From Cyanidioschyzon merolae (lineage: Eukaryota), in assembly GCA_000091205.1 (NCBI GenBank), contig AP006498.2: a stretch of 64,000 bases of DNA. One strand, given 5' to 3'. Position numbers and translations under genes: made by a program. Positions 34,489-44,242 of this stretch are shown piece after piece. The notes beneath the pieces were generated by a model, which saw only the letters and a list, made by a program, of their open reading frames with translations, did not search any database and was not told the DNA's origin. How positions within the stretch are numbered: position 1 is the stretch's first letter; every line of letters starts with the position of its first letter.

Positions 34489-37400
34489 TTAGCGGATAGG
34501 CGACTCGGCACAAGGAAAGTCGGCTGAAAACTGAACAGGATAGGGCTCCCCAGACGCCGCAGGTGGCCTGGTGCTCGAATGTGTCGAGCCCGGCTGCTCC
34601 GAGAGCGAGTCTTCGGCGCAAGAATGCGCCCTCGTCGGGGCGTTCGAAGGCATCCCAGTCGTGCACTCCTGATTGTCGACGGCGGTACACTTCATTTTCG
34701 TGGTATTCGGTGTACAAGTTGACGCCGATGACGCCGATGACGCTGAGCGCACACGCTTTTTCGGCATGCAGTTCATCGTGAGATCGCTTTCTTGGAGCCG
34801 GGGCGAACCGCGGTCGCTAACACCCTTGATAGCTCGCGGGGTCTCGACCGGTCGGAACGACTGCTCGGCCGCGACATTCGCTTGCAAACTACTGTTTTCC
34901 TGGTCGGACTCAGGGTCTGAAGTTTGTACAGCTCGTTTTTTCTCTTGTGACAGACGCGAGGGTGTTTCGATATGCGACGCCCTACTCGTGGTATCAAGCG
35001 CGGGCGCGTTGTGCTCGTGCGTTTGCATTCCGGCTTCCATGAGCTGCTGCTGCTGCTGCTGCTGATGTTCCGTTCCTTGCGACTGCCTGCAAGGCGATAA
35101 CGTCGAGCCGGACACCGACGTGCCGGACGACAGACTCGGGTCCAAGAGCTTCGCCTCGGAGGCGCATCTTAACGACGGCGCGCTGCCTCCGCTGTGATGA
35201 CCATCGCTTTGGGACGAATGGAGTGACCCTATAAGCCGCGCTGAATTTCCAGTCGGGGTACTCCTGTATTCTACACCGACGAAGGACGGTGCTGCCGCAC
35301 TCGAACCGTACGAGTGCTCCGCGAGCTTTGCCCCTGCTCGCTCAGTGGGCGTGGTCTGTGCAGGGGAACGATCGAGCGTCCGTGTTGACCGCTCAGAGAC
35401 GCTTCCGCCCTGAACGCAACCGTGACTATTGGACGTACTCATTTCAGTGCCGCTGCTGGAAGACGCATTCTCGGTGAAGCAGCGGTCATTTTGGCCAGTG
35501 CTCTGGTTGGCGCACCCACCCGGAGGTCGGATTCCGGCGACTCCAGGACTCTGTGGCGAATCTGCTACCTTTGACGCAAACTGGGGCGTTCGCAAATCTC
35601 CAATCATAGGCGCTCTACAGGACATACTATAAGGTGCCGCTGAACCCTCACGAGCTATCGCATGGTGCTGGTTCGCAGGCCCCGCCGCTGAAAGCCAGGC
35701 ACACCATGCGCCCGGGACTTCGGCACTTGCAGCCGCCAGCGCAGTGGTGGTCTTCGCTTGTCCGATTACCGCGAAAGGAGTATTCGCATCGTGTTTCGAT
35801 TCCACGCGCTTGCGAACTTGGGCTGCGAGCACTTTCTTCGCACTCGTTCCATTCCATGTATTTGGTGCATTCGGCCTTGGGGTCGGGGTCGAACGAGCGC
35901 TCGTGGCGTTGCTCGGTGCAGCAAGCCGACCTGCGCTGCCGGCAGCAGAGGCCGCGTTCGCGGGGACCGTAGCAACCGGTACAAATGCTCCGCTGTTCGC
36001 GTTCGTGGGCGTTTCGCGTTGACCGCTGCGACTCACGCGCATGGCAGCCTCGGCTGCCTCTTCCTGTTGAAGGCGCTCCAAAATATCCACACCCTTATGT
36101 ATGAAACGTTTCTGGAATTCGTGCGCATAACTCTCCAGTAAACTGCGTAACACATTGTTCACTTTGGGTAGCTGACGCACCTGTTTTCGGAGCTGCTCCT
36201 CGCGGAGAAGGCCCCCTACGATGCGCTTACCGCCGCTGCGACCAAAGAGGCGCTCCGGATTCTGCATCTCTCGATCCAGCTCCATCTTCTTTTCGAGCAA
36301 TTCTTCGCGGCGCCTCAAAAGCTCGTGGATCGGACGAATACGCCTTGCAATGGACTCGAGACGCGATGTTTCCTGCTCTATGGCTTCGAGAACTTCCTCG
36401 CTCGCTTCATCGTTGCTGCAGAAAGCAAACGAGACCCGCTGCGCTGGTGCGATGTCAAGCTCATTCCACAGCGCGGTCAGGCGTTCTTTCTCCTTGGCAA
36501 TGAGAGCTCGAAGGCGCTTCTCGCGAGTCGCGCGCAATTCTTCCACATGGCTGTGCCATGCTTCCAAGCTGTGTTTGCTGAGAGTGCTGTGTTCCGCTTG
36601 GAATGCACTAAAGCGCTCCGCGGGATAACGTAGCGCCTTGTAGAGCTCAGCGGCGATATTGGATACTCGATCGAGCTCTTCGACCCGCAATTCAATTTCC
36701 CGCTCCAGATACGCTACCCGCGCGGTCAAAACATCAATGGAAACAAGAGAGGCACCCAGCGGCTCCTGCGTACCGTCAAAGGTCAGTGCAAGACGATCGA
36801 GTTCTGATTCAGTCTCTTCGGGTGACACTATGCAGAGTCTCCGAAGAAGACCTCTGATCGACACAAGTAGCGATGCAATCGTTTGCACTCGTTGCTGGCG
36901 CAGCTCTAACAGTTCCGAAATCTTCGACTCAAGCGCACGAATGCGCTGCCCATATTCGCGAATGGAAATCTTGCGAAGGGGATTGTTCAGGTCGGAGGCA
37001 ATCGTGGTAATCTGCGTAAAATTAGCCTCATGACTTGGGCTTACATTTGCCCCGAGTTCGACTGCGGACGGTACGTCGCGGGTGCGCCGACTCCCCGTGA
37101 TCACGAGTGCGTCCCGGTACTCCTCGGGCAAGTCATCAACGACTTCGCCGAGTTCATCAACCCAGAGCGTCAAAACACGTTTTTGCAGCTCACCGAGACG
37201 CTCGACAAAGAGTCGCTTCTGCGCTTCCAAAGCAGCGACTTGGCGTGAAACCTCGTCCAGACACTGTAGCAAAGTGCCCTGACGACCGGACGAGTCTCCA
37301 GAGCGACCGGATCGCTCATGCGGAGCGAGCCCAGGATTCGTGCTTGCACCAGGCAGTAGACGTTCCACAGTCGGCGCTTCACGCCGCAGAGAGGGCTCAT

Positions 37401-37830
37401 CCGGCAACGTACAACTCACGGACATGTCCGGTGCTGCAGTATGCCCCAAACCGCCGGCGCCAAAAGTCGTCGACAGCTCTATGGTATTATTGGCAGCAGA
37501 GGCGGCCCCCCATTGTCGCTCCGTCATGTCACCACCGACCGTACGCCGGCTACTGCTCAGCACATCAGCAGGCAACCATGCTGCAGGAGCGCTCTTTTGA
37601 GCAGCGGCGACCTCCGCCTGCAGCTCCAGCAGCAGTGCCTCAGCGGCGTCCAGTTCATTTTCGAGGGTATCCCGCTCATCCGCCGCACTTTCCAGCGTAT
37701 CCACGTATACACGAATCACCTGCTCGCGCAAAGCCTCCACCCGACGAACTCGTTCAGCTTCGTCGAGACCAATCTCCGCCCAAACTTCCTGTAAACGCGA
37801 TATAACATCTTGATTCAACCTGACCTCCAT
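34489..37830 (-). CDS. PRC1/MAP65/Ase1-like microtubule-bundling protein with ~700-aa low-complexity S/T/A/P/Q-rich C-terminal tail (poly-Q from a (CTG)8 tract at 35041-35064)
   Basis: The N-terminus VISRLQEVWAEIGLDEAERVRRVEALREQVIRVYVDTLE parallels the PRC1 N-terminal dimerisation helix (LREIWELIGIPEDQRLQRTEVVKKHIKELLDMMI). Long coiled-coil follows, then a disordered tail. The identity call is by memory only. Confidence 0.55.
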   Translation of the reverse strand: MEVRLNQDVISRLQEVWAEIGLDEAERVRRVEALREQVIRVYVDTLESAADERDTLENELDAAEALLLELQAEVAAAQKSAPAAWLPADVLSSSRRTVGGDMTERQWGAASAANNTIELSTTFGAGGLGHTAAPDMSVSCTLPDEPSLRREAPTVERLLPGASTNPGLAPHERSGRSGDSSGRQGTLLQCLDEVSRQVAALEAQKRLFVERLGELQKRVLTLWVDELGEVVDDLPEEYRDALVITGSRRTRDVPSAVELGANVSPSHEANFTQITTIASDLNNPLRKISIREYGQRIRALESKISELLELRQQRVQTIASLLVSIRGLLRRLCIVSPEETESELDRLALTFDGTQEPLGASLVSIDVLTARVAYLEREIELRVEELDRVSNIAAELYKALRYPAERFSAFQAEHSTLSKHSLEAWHSHVEELRATREKRLRALIAKEKERLTALWNELDIAPAQRVSFAFCSNDEASEEVLEAIEQETSRLESIARRIRPIHELLRRREELLEKKMELDREMQNPERLFGRSGGKRIVGGLLREEQLRKQVRQLPKVNNVLRSLLESYAHEFQKRFIHKGVDILERLQQEEAAEAAMRVSRSGQRETPTNANSGAFVPVATVPANAASAAGSAGRLAAPSNATSARSTPTPRPNAPNTWNGTSAKKVLAAQVRKRVESKHDANTPFAVIGQAKTTTALAAASAEVPGAWCAWLSAAGPANQHHAIAREGSAAPYSMSCRAPMIGDLRTPQFASKVADSPQSPGVAGIRPPGGCANQSTGQNDRCFTENASSSSGTEMSTSNSHGCVQGGSVSERSTRTLDRSPAQTTPTERAGAKLAEHSYGSSAAAPSFVGVEYRSTPTGNSARLIGSLHSSQSDGHHSGGSAPSLRCASEAKLLDPSLSSGTSVSGSTLSPCRQSQGTEHQQQQQQQLMEAGMQTHEHNAPALDTTSRASHIETPSRLSQEKKRAVQTSDPESDQENSSLQANVAAEQSFRPVETPRAIKGVSDRGSPRLQESDLTMNCMPKKRVRSASSASSASTCTPNTTKMKCTAVDNQECTTGMPSNAPTRAHSCAEDSLSEQPGSTHSSTRPPAASGEPYPVQFSADFPCAESPIR

Positions 37831-38139
37831 TCCTGGGGTTCCAGCCAGAGCGCTTGGTCACTTTTCACGACCGCGTGTGGGGACAGGTTCGACTCGAAGC
37901 AAACACCAGTTCCCTGTAGCGCCTTGCACGCTGTTGTCCGCTATTCGCAGAAAAGCGGCAACGCTCGCGAAGCGCAACGCAATACCGCACCGTGGCACAG
38001 CCAGACAGCAGCAGACACACCGGTAGGAGTGGCGGCACACCGGGCGTCGGGATCGCAACGGCTGGATGTGGCGAATCGGCGATTTGAATGAGGGCGGCTG
38101 TGTCGGGTACGGGCGCGCGCTGCTTGCGACGTGTCGCGC

Positions 38140-38310
38140 GATCGATTGATTCTCGATCGATGGACTGACGGATCGATGGACTGACTGACTGACTGACTGA
38201 CTGACTGACTGACTGACTGACTGATTCTCGATCGACGGACTGTCTGATCGATGGACTGTCTGATCGATGGACCGACTGACTGACTGACTGATTCTCGATC
38301 GATGGAGCGC
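38140..38310. repeat. Complex (GACT)n / tcgatcgatggactg(a/t)ctga repeat cluster
   Basis: (ctga)12 core plus flanking imperfect 20-nt repeats, ~300 bp upstream of the PRC1-like start. Confidence 0.9.
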
Positions 38311-39545
38311 ACAACGAGTCGCGAGTTGGACGCTTCTCTGCAGAGAGATACTGGCATCTGTTCGTGTTCGTGGATGCGATGAAGTCGGTGCTGTGTGGCG
38401 GAGTTGGCGTTCGTCTGGGCGCGTTGGTGCGTTTCTTTCGTTTCCGCGCATAGCGTAATGTCGTGCGGAACGGCTGAATCTGGGTATCCAGAGTATGCGA
38501 CTCGATTTTTTGACTTTTTCCCAGAGTCGATTGAAGAAACAGAGCACGTCTCTAACGATGATAGCGTCTGCAAGGCTGGCACCAACGACAGCCAGTTGCC
38601 TGCGAGGATCAGATCCTGGATGATACGCTGAGGTAAAGTTTAGTGTGATGGATTGAGTTTCCTGTACTCATACAGGATACAGATACGCGCAGTGAGCTCG
38701 AAACGAAGCGACATGGTCAGCGGCGGTGTCTGCGCCTTGGACGAGTTTATCGGCGCTCATGCACGTGAACGGCTCGTTGCATGGTTCGCTCCGCCCTCGT
38801 GCATAGCGTTGCGACCAGGTTCCGTCGAGCGCACACCGTACCCGTGTCGAAGAGGTATTCGCTGGGTCTCTGTGCAGCGAACTGGCAGAGTGATTGTGCA
38901 AGCTGTTCCAATGAAGGCTGGTCGTCTGCAGAGCGCCGCAACGAGGGCTGAAACGTTTTTCCGGTGGATATCTGTGTGAAAAAGATGATCAAATACGCAG
39001 CTTATGGAGGCGCATATTACCGAGTGCCATTCGGGTGCAGTCACGCATGTTTGGGCATGTATTGTGCACTCCAGTATCGCACCTATCTTGGACCGTTTAA
39101 GCGAGGTATTGCGGGCGGCGTCGGCTATCTTCCCAGCATACACGCGTACTGTGCAGCGCTTGCGAGGCGTAGGTCACCTGCTGACAGCGATGCACCATTT
39201 TGTGGCCAAGTACGCGTTGCTAGCCTTGCGCACAGCATACGGCGCCCGCACCGATATCGCTCACCCTAAAAACACAAGCTCCATTTGCCCGATCGCAGAA
39301 GCAACTTGACATCTCTGGGAATGGCGGCAAAAGAATGGACGCTCCCGTTGGGTACTGAGTGCCATGAGCATAGAAGTCATCTGCGATGCCGGGCGCGGAG
39401 CAAGACTCACCGTGCGCTAGCGTCTCAGGTGGACGTAGGTACAACGTCCGTTATCAATCGTAGCGTCTTGGAAGAGCAGCGTTCAAAACACTGCGCAGAG
39501 AATGCCATACAAGTCTAGCGCGGCGAAGGCGAAATCGATAGATGC

Positions 39546-40423
39546 AGAGCAGTGAATCCGGACTGCCTTTGTATGCATGCCCTTTTGTTTTCGCAGGTTT
39601 TCCTCGAAGTTTTTTCCTGAAGAAACGTATCCAGTTCATTGCAGAAACGTCGCTGGACGACTTGGTGTTGACTCCGATAGCATAGGAGTACAAAGACCCG
39701 TCTCGCCAAAGTAAGCCGAGCCACGCTCAGCAGGTGGATGACGCACACGTCTCGTCATCCGCATCCAGTGCGCAGTGCATCCGAAACAAATGCCATCAAA
39801 CTCCATCCGCACACCTGCATCGTCATCAATCCATTCCCCCCATTTTCCCCATTTCCGGAACAGACGACTAGTTCAGAACAGAGCAGACGCCGTGCTCGAA
39901 TAAGAGCGATCCCGCCGCCACAAACATGTATTCCATGTGGTCTGCACGTATGGGGTCCGGTCCCATGACATCACTGTAGACACATGTGTATAGCACTATG
40001 CTGCGTCCGTCGTGCGCTACAATTGGCCTCTGCGAGCAGAGACCAGGCATTCGAACATCGTCGCGACGAGCATTTGCGGGGCTCATGCATGGCCTCTCGG
40101 CTCAGGACAGACAGCGGAGACACGTTTACCGCCATGATGGAGACAGTCAGAATATCTGTGTGCATGCACTTTGTGTAACCGACGCCTGAGTCGAGCAATG
40201 AAACTCCTCTCCAACCGTTCGAGGTGGATGACGAGCAAGTCTCGGTGGCGGGCGTGAATTCCGGTTTCATTGATATGGGCGCCGTCGCCGAGCTCATGAG
40301 GGGGTAGGGGACGGAGCCAGAGACCTCCAAGGCATGCAGCTGTAGCTGCTCAGTTCTGCCAGCGCACGGCAGTATCGGGAGTCGGGCATGATGGACACGA
40401 AGAGACATCCCGGGAGCTAGAAT
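39546..40423 (+). repeat. Direct repeat copy 2 (partner of 27283-28112; carries a ~55-bp insertion near its 5' end)
   Basis: See copy 1. This copy ends ~65 bp before the first ORF of TnpB-like copy A. Confidence 0.85.
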
Positions 40424-40484
40424 GACGGCATCAGGACCGAACTCGACGCTTTAAGCTCCGGATCGAGCAGCGAAGGCAGACGCT

Positions 40485-41388
40485 TTGCGCGCTTCATTCG
40501 TAGTGTTCGTGAGCGTCCAAATGCATGATCCAGACCATCCTTGGGAGGAGTACATCAAAACGCGATGCGGCCTACATCGGTCTCGTCTGTACGCACACAT
40601 GAGGCGTGCATTCTCCAACTTGTTCATTGAGTCGCAAAAGCAAATGACCCGCAGGCCACTTGGTTCGGAAGCGGCCTAGTGTACTGGACGTGCTTCTGCT
40701 CGCAAAAGCTGCACTTCTGCCTCTTCGGCGAGAGCGTGCCACACGGGATATGTCCGCAGATGATCCCGTCACTTCTGTTTGCATGGCAAAGGGCATTGGA
40801 CTCGATCTTAAGTCATTGCAAAAAATCGCCTCCATTGGAGCCTGCGTCACCGTTTTGCGCGGAGGCTTCGCACAGAAATCAAAATTTCTCGACTTGTTCT
40901 ATAGCCTGGACTCTATCTGCTAATCGTTTCATCACGGGCATCATCCCGTTCTGCAAATCCTCTATCGAAGGGGAAAGCGTGCACTCGCTCATGTTACGGA
41001 AACCGTACTCGCCGAGCGAATCGCCCACAAGTCACCCGTGATCGTTATGTACAGCACCAGACACGGAAACGGAGCAGGGTATTGAGCAGAACCTTCTCTA
41101 CCCGTCAAAGAAAAGTACCAAGCTATGAAGCAAGCGTTCGCGCGCAGCAGGGGGGGCCTCTATACGGGCGCAGTGCTAGCCCTATGCGAACACCTGACAA
41201 ATGCCAAGTGTCACCGATGCCAAAGGCGTACCAGCGCTATTCTGGAAGAACATGAACATGGCAAGAGACGCGTAGCTCGCAACTGCCACCTTTACATGAA
41301 ATGTAGCGACAACGTTCAGAGGCGGCGAGCTCGGGAGTTTAAACCTGCCATCAACATCCCTCAACAAACGACGACAGAACCTGAGTAG
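40485..41388 (+). pseudogene. TnpB/Fanzor-like copy A: N-terminally truncated, degenerate, with a RuvC-I-like motif, a Cys/His finger and a mutated RuvC-III motif
   Basis: ORF 40660-40923 has AKGIGLDLKSLQKIASIG, a G-x-D RuvC-I-like motif. ORF 41125-41388 has KCHRC ... EEHEHGKRRVARNCHLYMKCSDNVQRRRAREFKPAINI. Its DNA and protein align with copy B (62.8-63.0 kb). The R-D of RuvC-III is replaced by R-E-F. Pieces are in different frames. Confidence 0.5.
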
Positions 41389-41490
41389 AAGTAGAGACTG
41401 GCGTATGTAAAACGGGAGATAAGAAAACAAAAAAATTAGCCGTCAGACTAAAAGCACGCAAAACTGGGGTTGATGATGGAGGAAGGAGAC

Positions 41491-43092
41491 CTAAGCTTCG
41501 GCGTGTGCACCTGTTTTGGAGGCCCAGCGACTTGCTCCATACGCTACTACGGGCCTTTGACGCTTGCACTCCTTCAAGGCGCTCAACTGACTGAAAAGAA
41601 TGTTGAATGTGCGCTGCTTCCCACAGTACAGGTTCATACGCTGGAAAGCCCACCGGGGCTTGGTATATTCTCTCCAGAGCGCCTCCCAATGAGCAACGCG
41701 AACTTTCATGAACTCCCGAAAAGCTCGATAGCCCGCTCCGCGGCACGTCATCTCGCTGGTCGCTTCCAGGTGATCCTTCACTCGTGCATTCCATGTCTGA
41801 ATTTTCTTCCTTGCACTCATGATGCCGGATTCTCGGTAGTATCTCGCCCTCGAGAGCTTGAAAAGACGAATGTCTTTATGAGGCAAATTACCGTCAGTAC
41901 CATCTTCCGCTCGCTTGGGTGCTGCGATGGCTATATGATTCGTGTTTCCAGGGTCTGTGCCAACGACAAAGCCGTTATCCTCCACCTCCTGCGTCACAGG
42001 ATCCTCCTCCTTCTCATCTTCATGGTTCGTCACGGGCGCAGCCGAGGGCGGAACTGGACGATCTGTCTTCAAGCGCCGATAGTGTACATACATGGTTACT
42101 CCATCGGTCTCAATCATCCCAGTGAATAACTTTTGCTTGCTCGTATTGAGACGTTTGAAATCGAAAATATTCTTCCAGTACGTCTCCCGGTTTTCGCCGG
42201 AGGATTCCTCCCTGCTAACATCGAACTCCGAACTGATCTCCTTCATGATGCACTAGAAGACCTTGGAGTCGATAGTCACAAAACGTGACTTGATGTTGCA
42301 CAACGGAACGACGTTGAAGCGCGTCCCCCATTAGGAAAGCCTTCCGTTTCTCCGAATCTTCGTTTTTTGTCCCACTAAGCTTCATCTCTGCCTTGCCTTC
42401 GAGTTCTCGATCCAAAAACACGAAATACCTCAATATGAGGAGGTAGTATCTTTCCTTATCTTTTTCAACTCTGATACCTTTTCTGCTGGATTCGCCAGCT
42501 CCAGTACCGTACGATGCTCTTGCATGACCGCACGGATTACAGAAGCTTCATTCGTGCTCTCGTTTGACGCCTTCTTGTCTACAAATTGGATCTCATCTTC
42601 ACGCTTGTGATCTTTCGTGATGCCATTGATTATCGCCCATATTCCTTTGCGAGAGGCACCCGGGTAGAGCGCAAACACGGCGCCTATCATGAAACGTTCG
42701 AGGTTCACGATCATATGTTTCTTCAGGTTCGTGAGGTACTTCATGGCCCCGTAGGTAAACATACCCCAGTATCCCATGTATCGAGTGCCGTTGAAGTGGT
42801 ATTCGGAGTGATTTTCGTGGAAGGCATGCACTAGCTCATTTTCCCTCCGCGCTTCCCCTTTACTAAGCATCAGGTGCCGAAGAATGGTCTTGTCGAAAAA
42901 ATCGCCCGGAACCTCGACTGTTTCCATGTCCGTCACGTCGAGATACATCTCCCTCGACATATGCATTAGCCCTGACGAAGCCTTTATAATACTCATGGAG
43001 TACGACTTAACACGGTTTCTAGTTGCCTCCCGTAACTTCTCCACCCACGCATTCTTGATATGTTTAAGAAGACAGGCTTTCACCACCGTCAC
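41491..43092 (-). pseudogene. TnpB/Fanzor-like copy C: N-terminal ~530 aa in three shifted frames, ending just before the expected RuvC-II/zinc-finger region, convergent with copy A
   Basis: It contains ...DNGFVVGTDPGNTNHIAIAAP (RuvC-I-like G-x-D-x-G ... N) followed by a basic helical region (KLSRARYYRESGIMSARKK ... LYCGKQRTFNILFSQL ... RPVVAYGASRW). That layout is typical of TnpB between RuvC-I and RuvC-II. The N-terminal part (ALYPGASRKGIWAIINGITKD) is homologous to copy B at 61.5 kb. GC is lower than in host genes. Confidence 0.5.
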
Positions 43093-44242
43093 GTAGGACT
43101 CTTGTTTTTCGTGCAGCTTCTGACGTGGGCTCTCCCTCTTCTGCGTCTTTGTCTTTTCCTGTTACTCTCCGCCGGGCACTGTTTTTCGTTTTTTTTCTGG
43201 CAGCCGGCGACACCTGCCTTCCAGGATCCTCCACTTGCTTTTCCAGAAATTTCCTTTTTTCGGAAAAGAACGCGCTTTGAACGCTTCTGTTATTAACTGC
43301 GAAAAATCAACCGAATACACTCATTAGAGCGTTGAAACACGACTGAGATGAAGTAATATATTTCGCTACGATTCCAATGCAAATACACGTTTTACGTTAA
43401 AACAACAAGTCAACGAATGGTCAGGATTGCGTTTCCCTTCAACGGCGAGATGCGCGTCGTACCTCATGCCTGCCGGTAATGGAGGTGCGCATCTCGACCG
43501 CACTATATGCAGCAAAGAACAGAGACTAGCTACTGACTAGCAATGAGATGACAATTTCATTCCCACTCTACAGTAAACGTTAAAAGGGCAAATGTTGCCA
43601 GATCGTCGAAAGCTTACCTTCCAGGCGAAAGGTCCAGCGAGCCGGACGAGTCTCCGGGGGTTCGTGCTTCATGGCTTCCCCTTCGCCACCCCAGTGCCAG
43701 GTGCTTTAGTGATATCTGACCAACTCATCCCCGAAGCGGTTTATTCCGGCATTAAGGGTGCTCAGGCAGCGTCTGGGCGTCGCCCGGCTTGCAGTTATCT
43801 CCTAGTATATCGCTTCGCGCTGCCGCAAACCGTATGTCTATCTGTACAAATTGCAGGCTCCCAGAAAGACAATTAGCCCCGATTCCGTATCACGTGTAGT
43901 ATTCCCCGAGCCGACGCCCCCGGTAGTGTGGTAAATATGTTCTGTTTCCGTGATACATCTGAACCATCGGTAGAGGGGCTATTCCGGGTGCTCACGGCCG
44001 GCAAGCGGCGCATGAGAGAACGAATGAAACGACCAGAACGTTCGAAAGCATGTATAAGTAATGGAACTTGGAGGTAGGGTGCAGCATGGCGGACGCTTCC
44101 CCGATTGCCAATTCCCATCTCGCAATCCGGGATCCATAGTCCGTGGAAACTTTTTGGCATCGAAATAGGAATCCGGCACGGGTCCAGAGGAGGCGCTTCC
44201 GCGGCACCAGCGCAGCGCAGCTGTCCCTTGGCAGGTACAAGA

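Noticed and set aside
27283-40423. The 830-bp direct repeats as LTRs of an LTR retrotransposon
   Set aside because: The 11.4 kb between them encodes four conserved host genes on both strands and contains no gag/pol/RT or integrase. No TG...CA termini or target-site duplication were apparent.
41815-41855. Apparent inverted-repeat similarity between A-locus 41815-41855 and B-locus 63281-63320 as terminal inverted repeats
   Set aside because: The match resolves instead to homologous minus-strand coding sequence (LSRARYYRESG vs LRNRPRNADSG) of copies C and D. It is protein homology, not a TIR.
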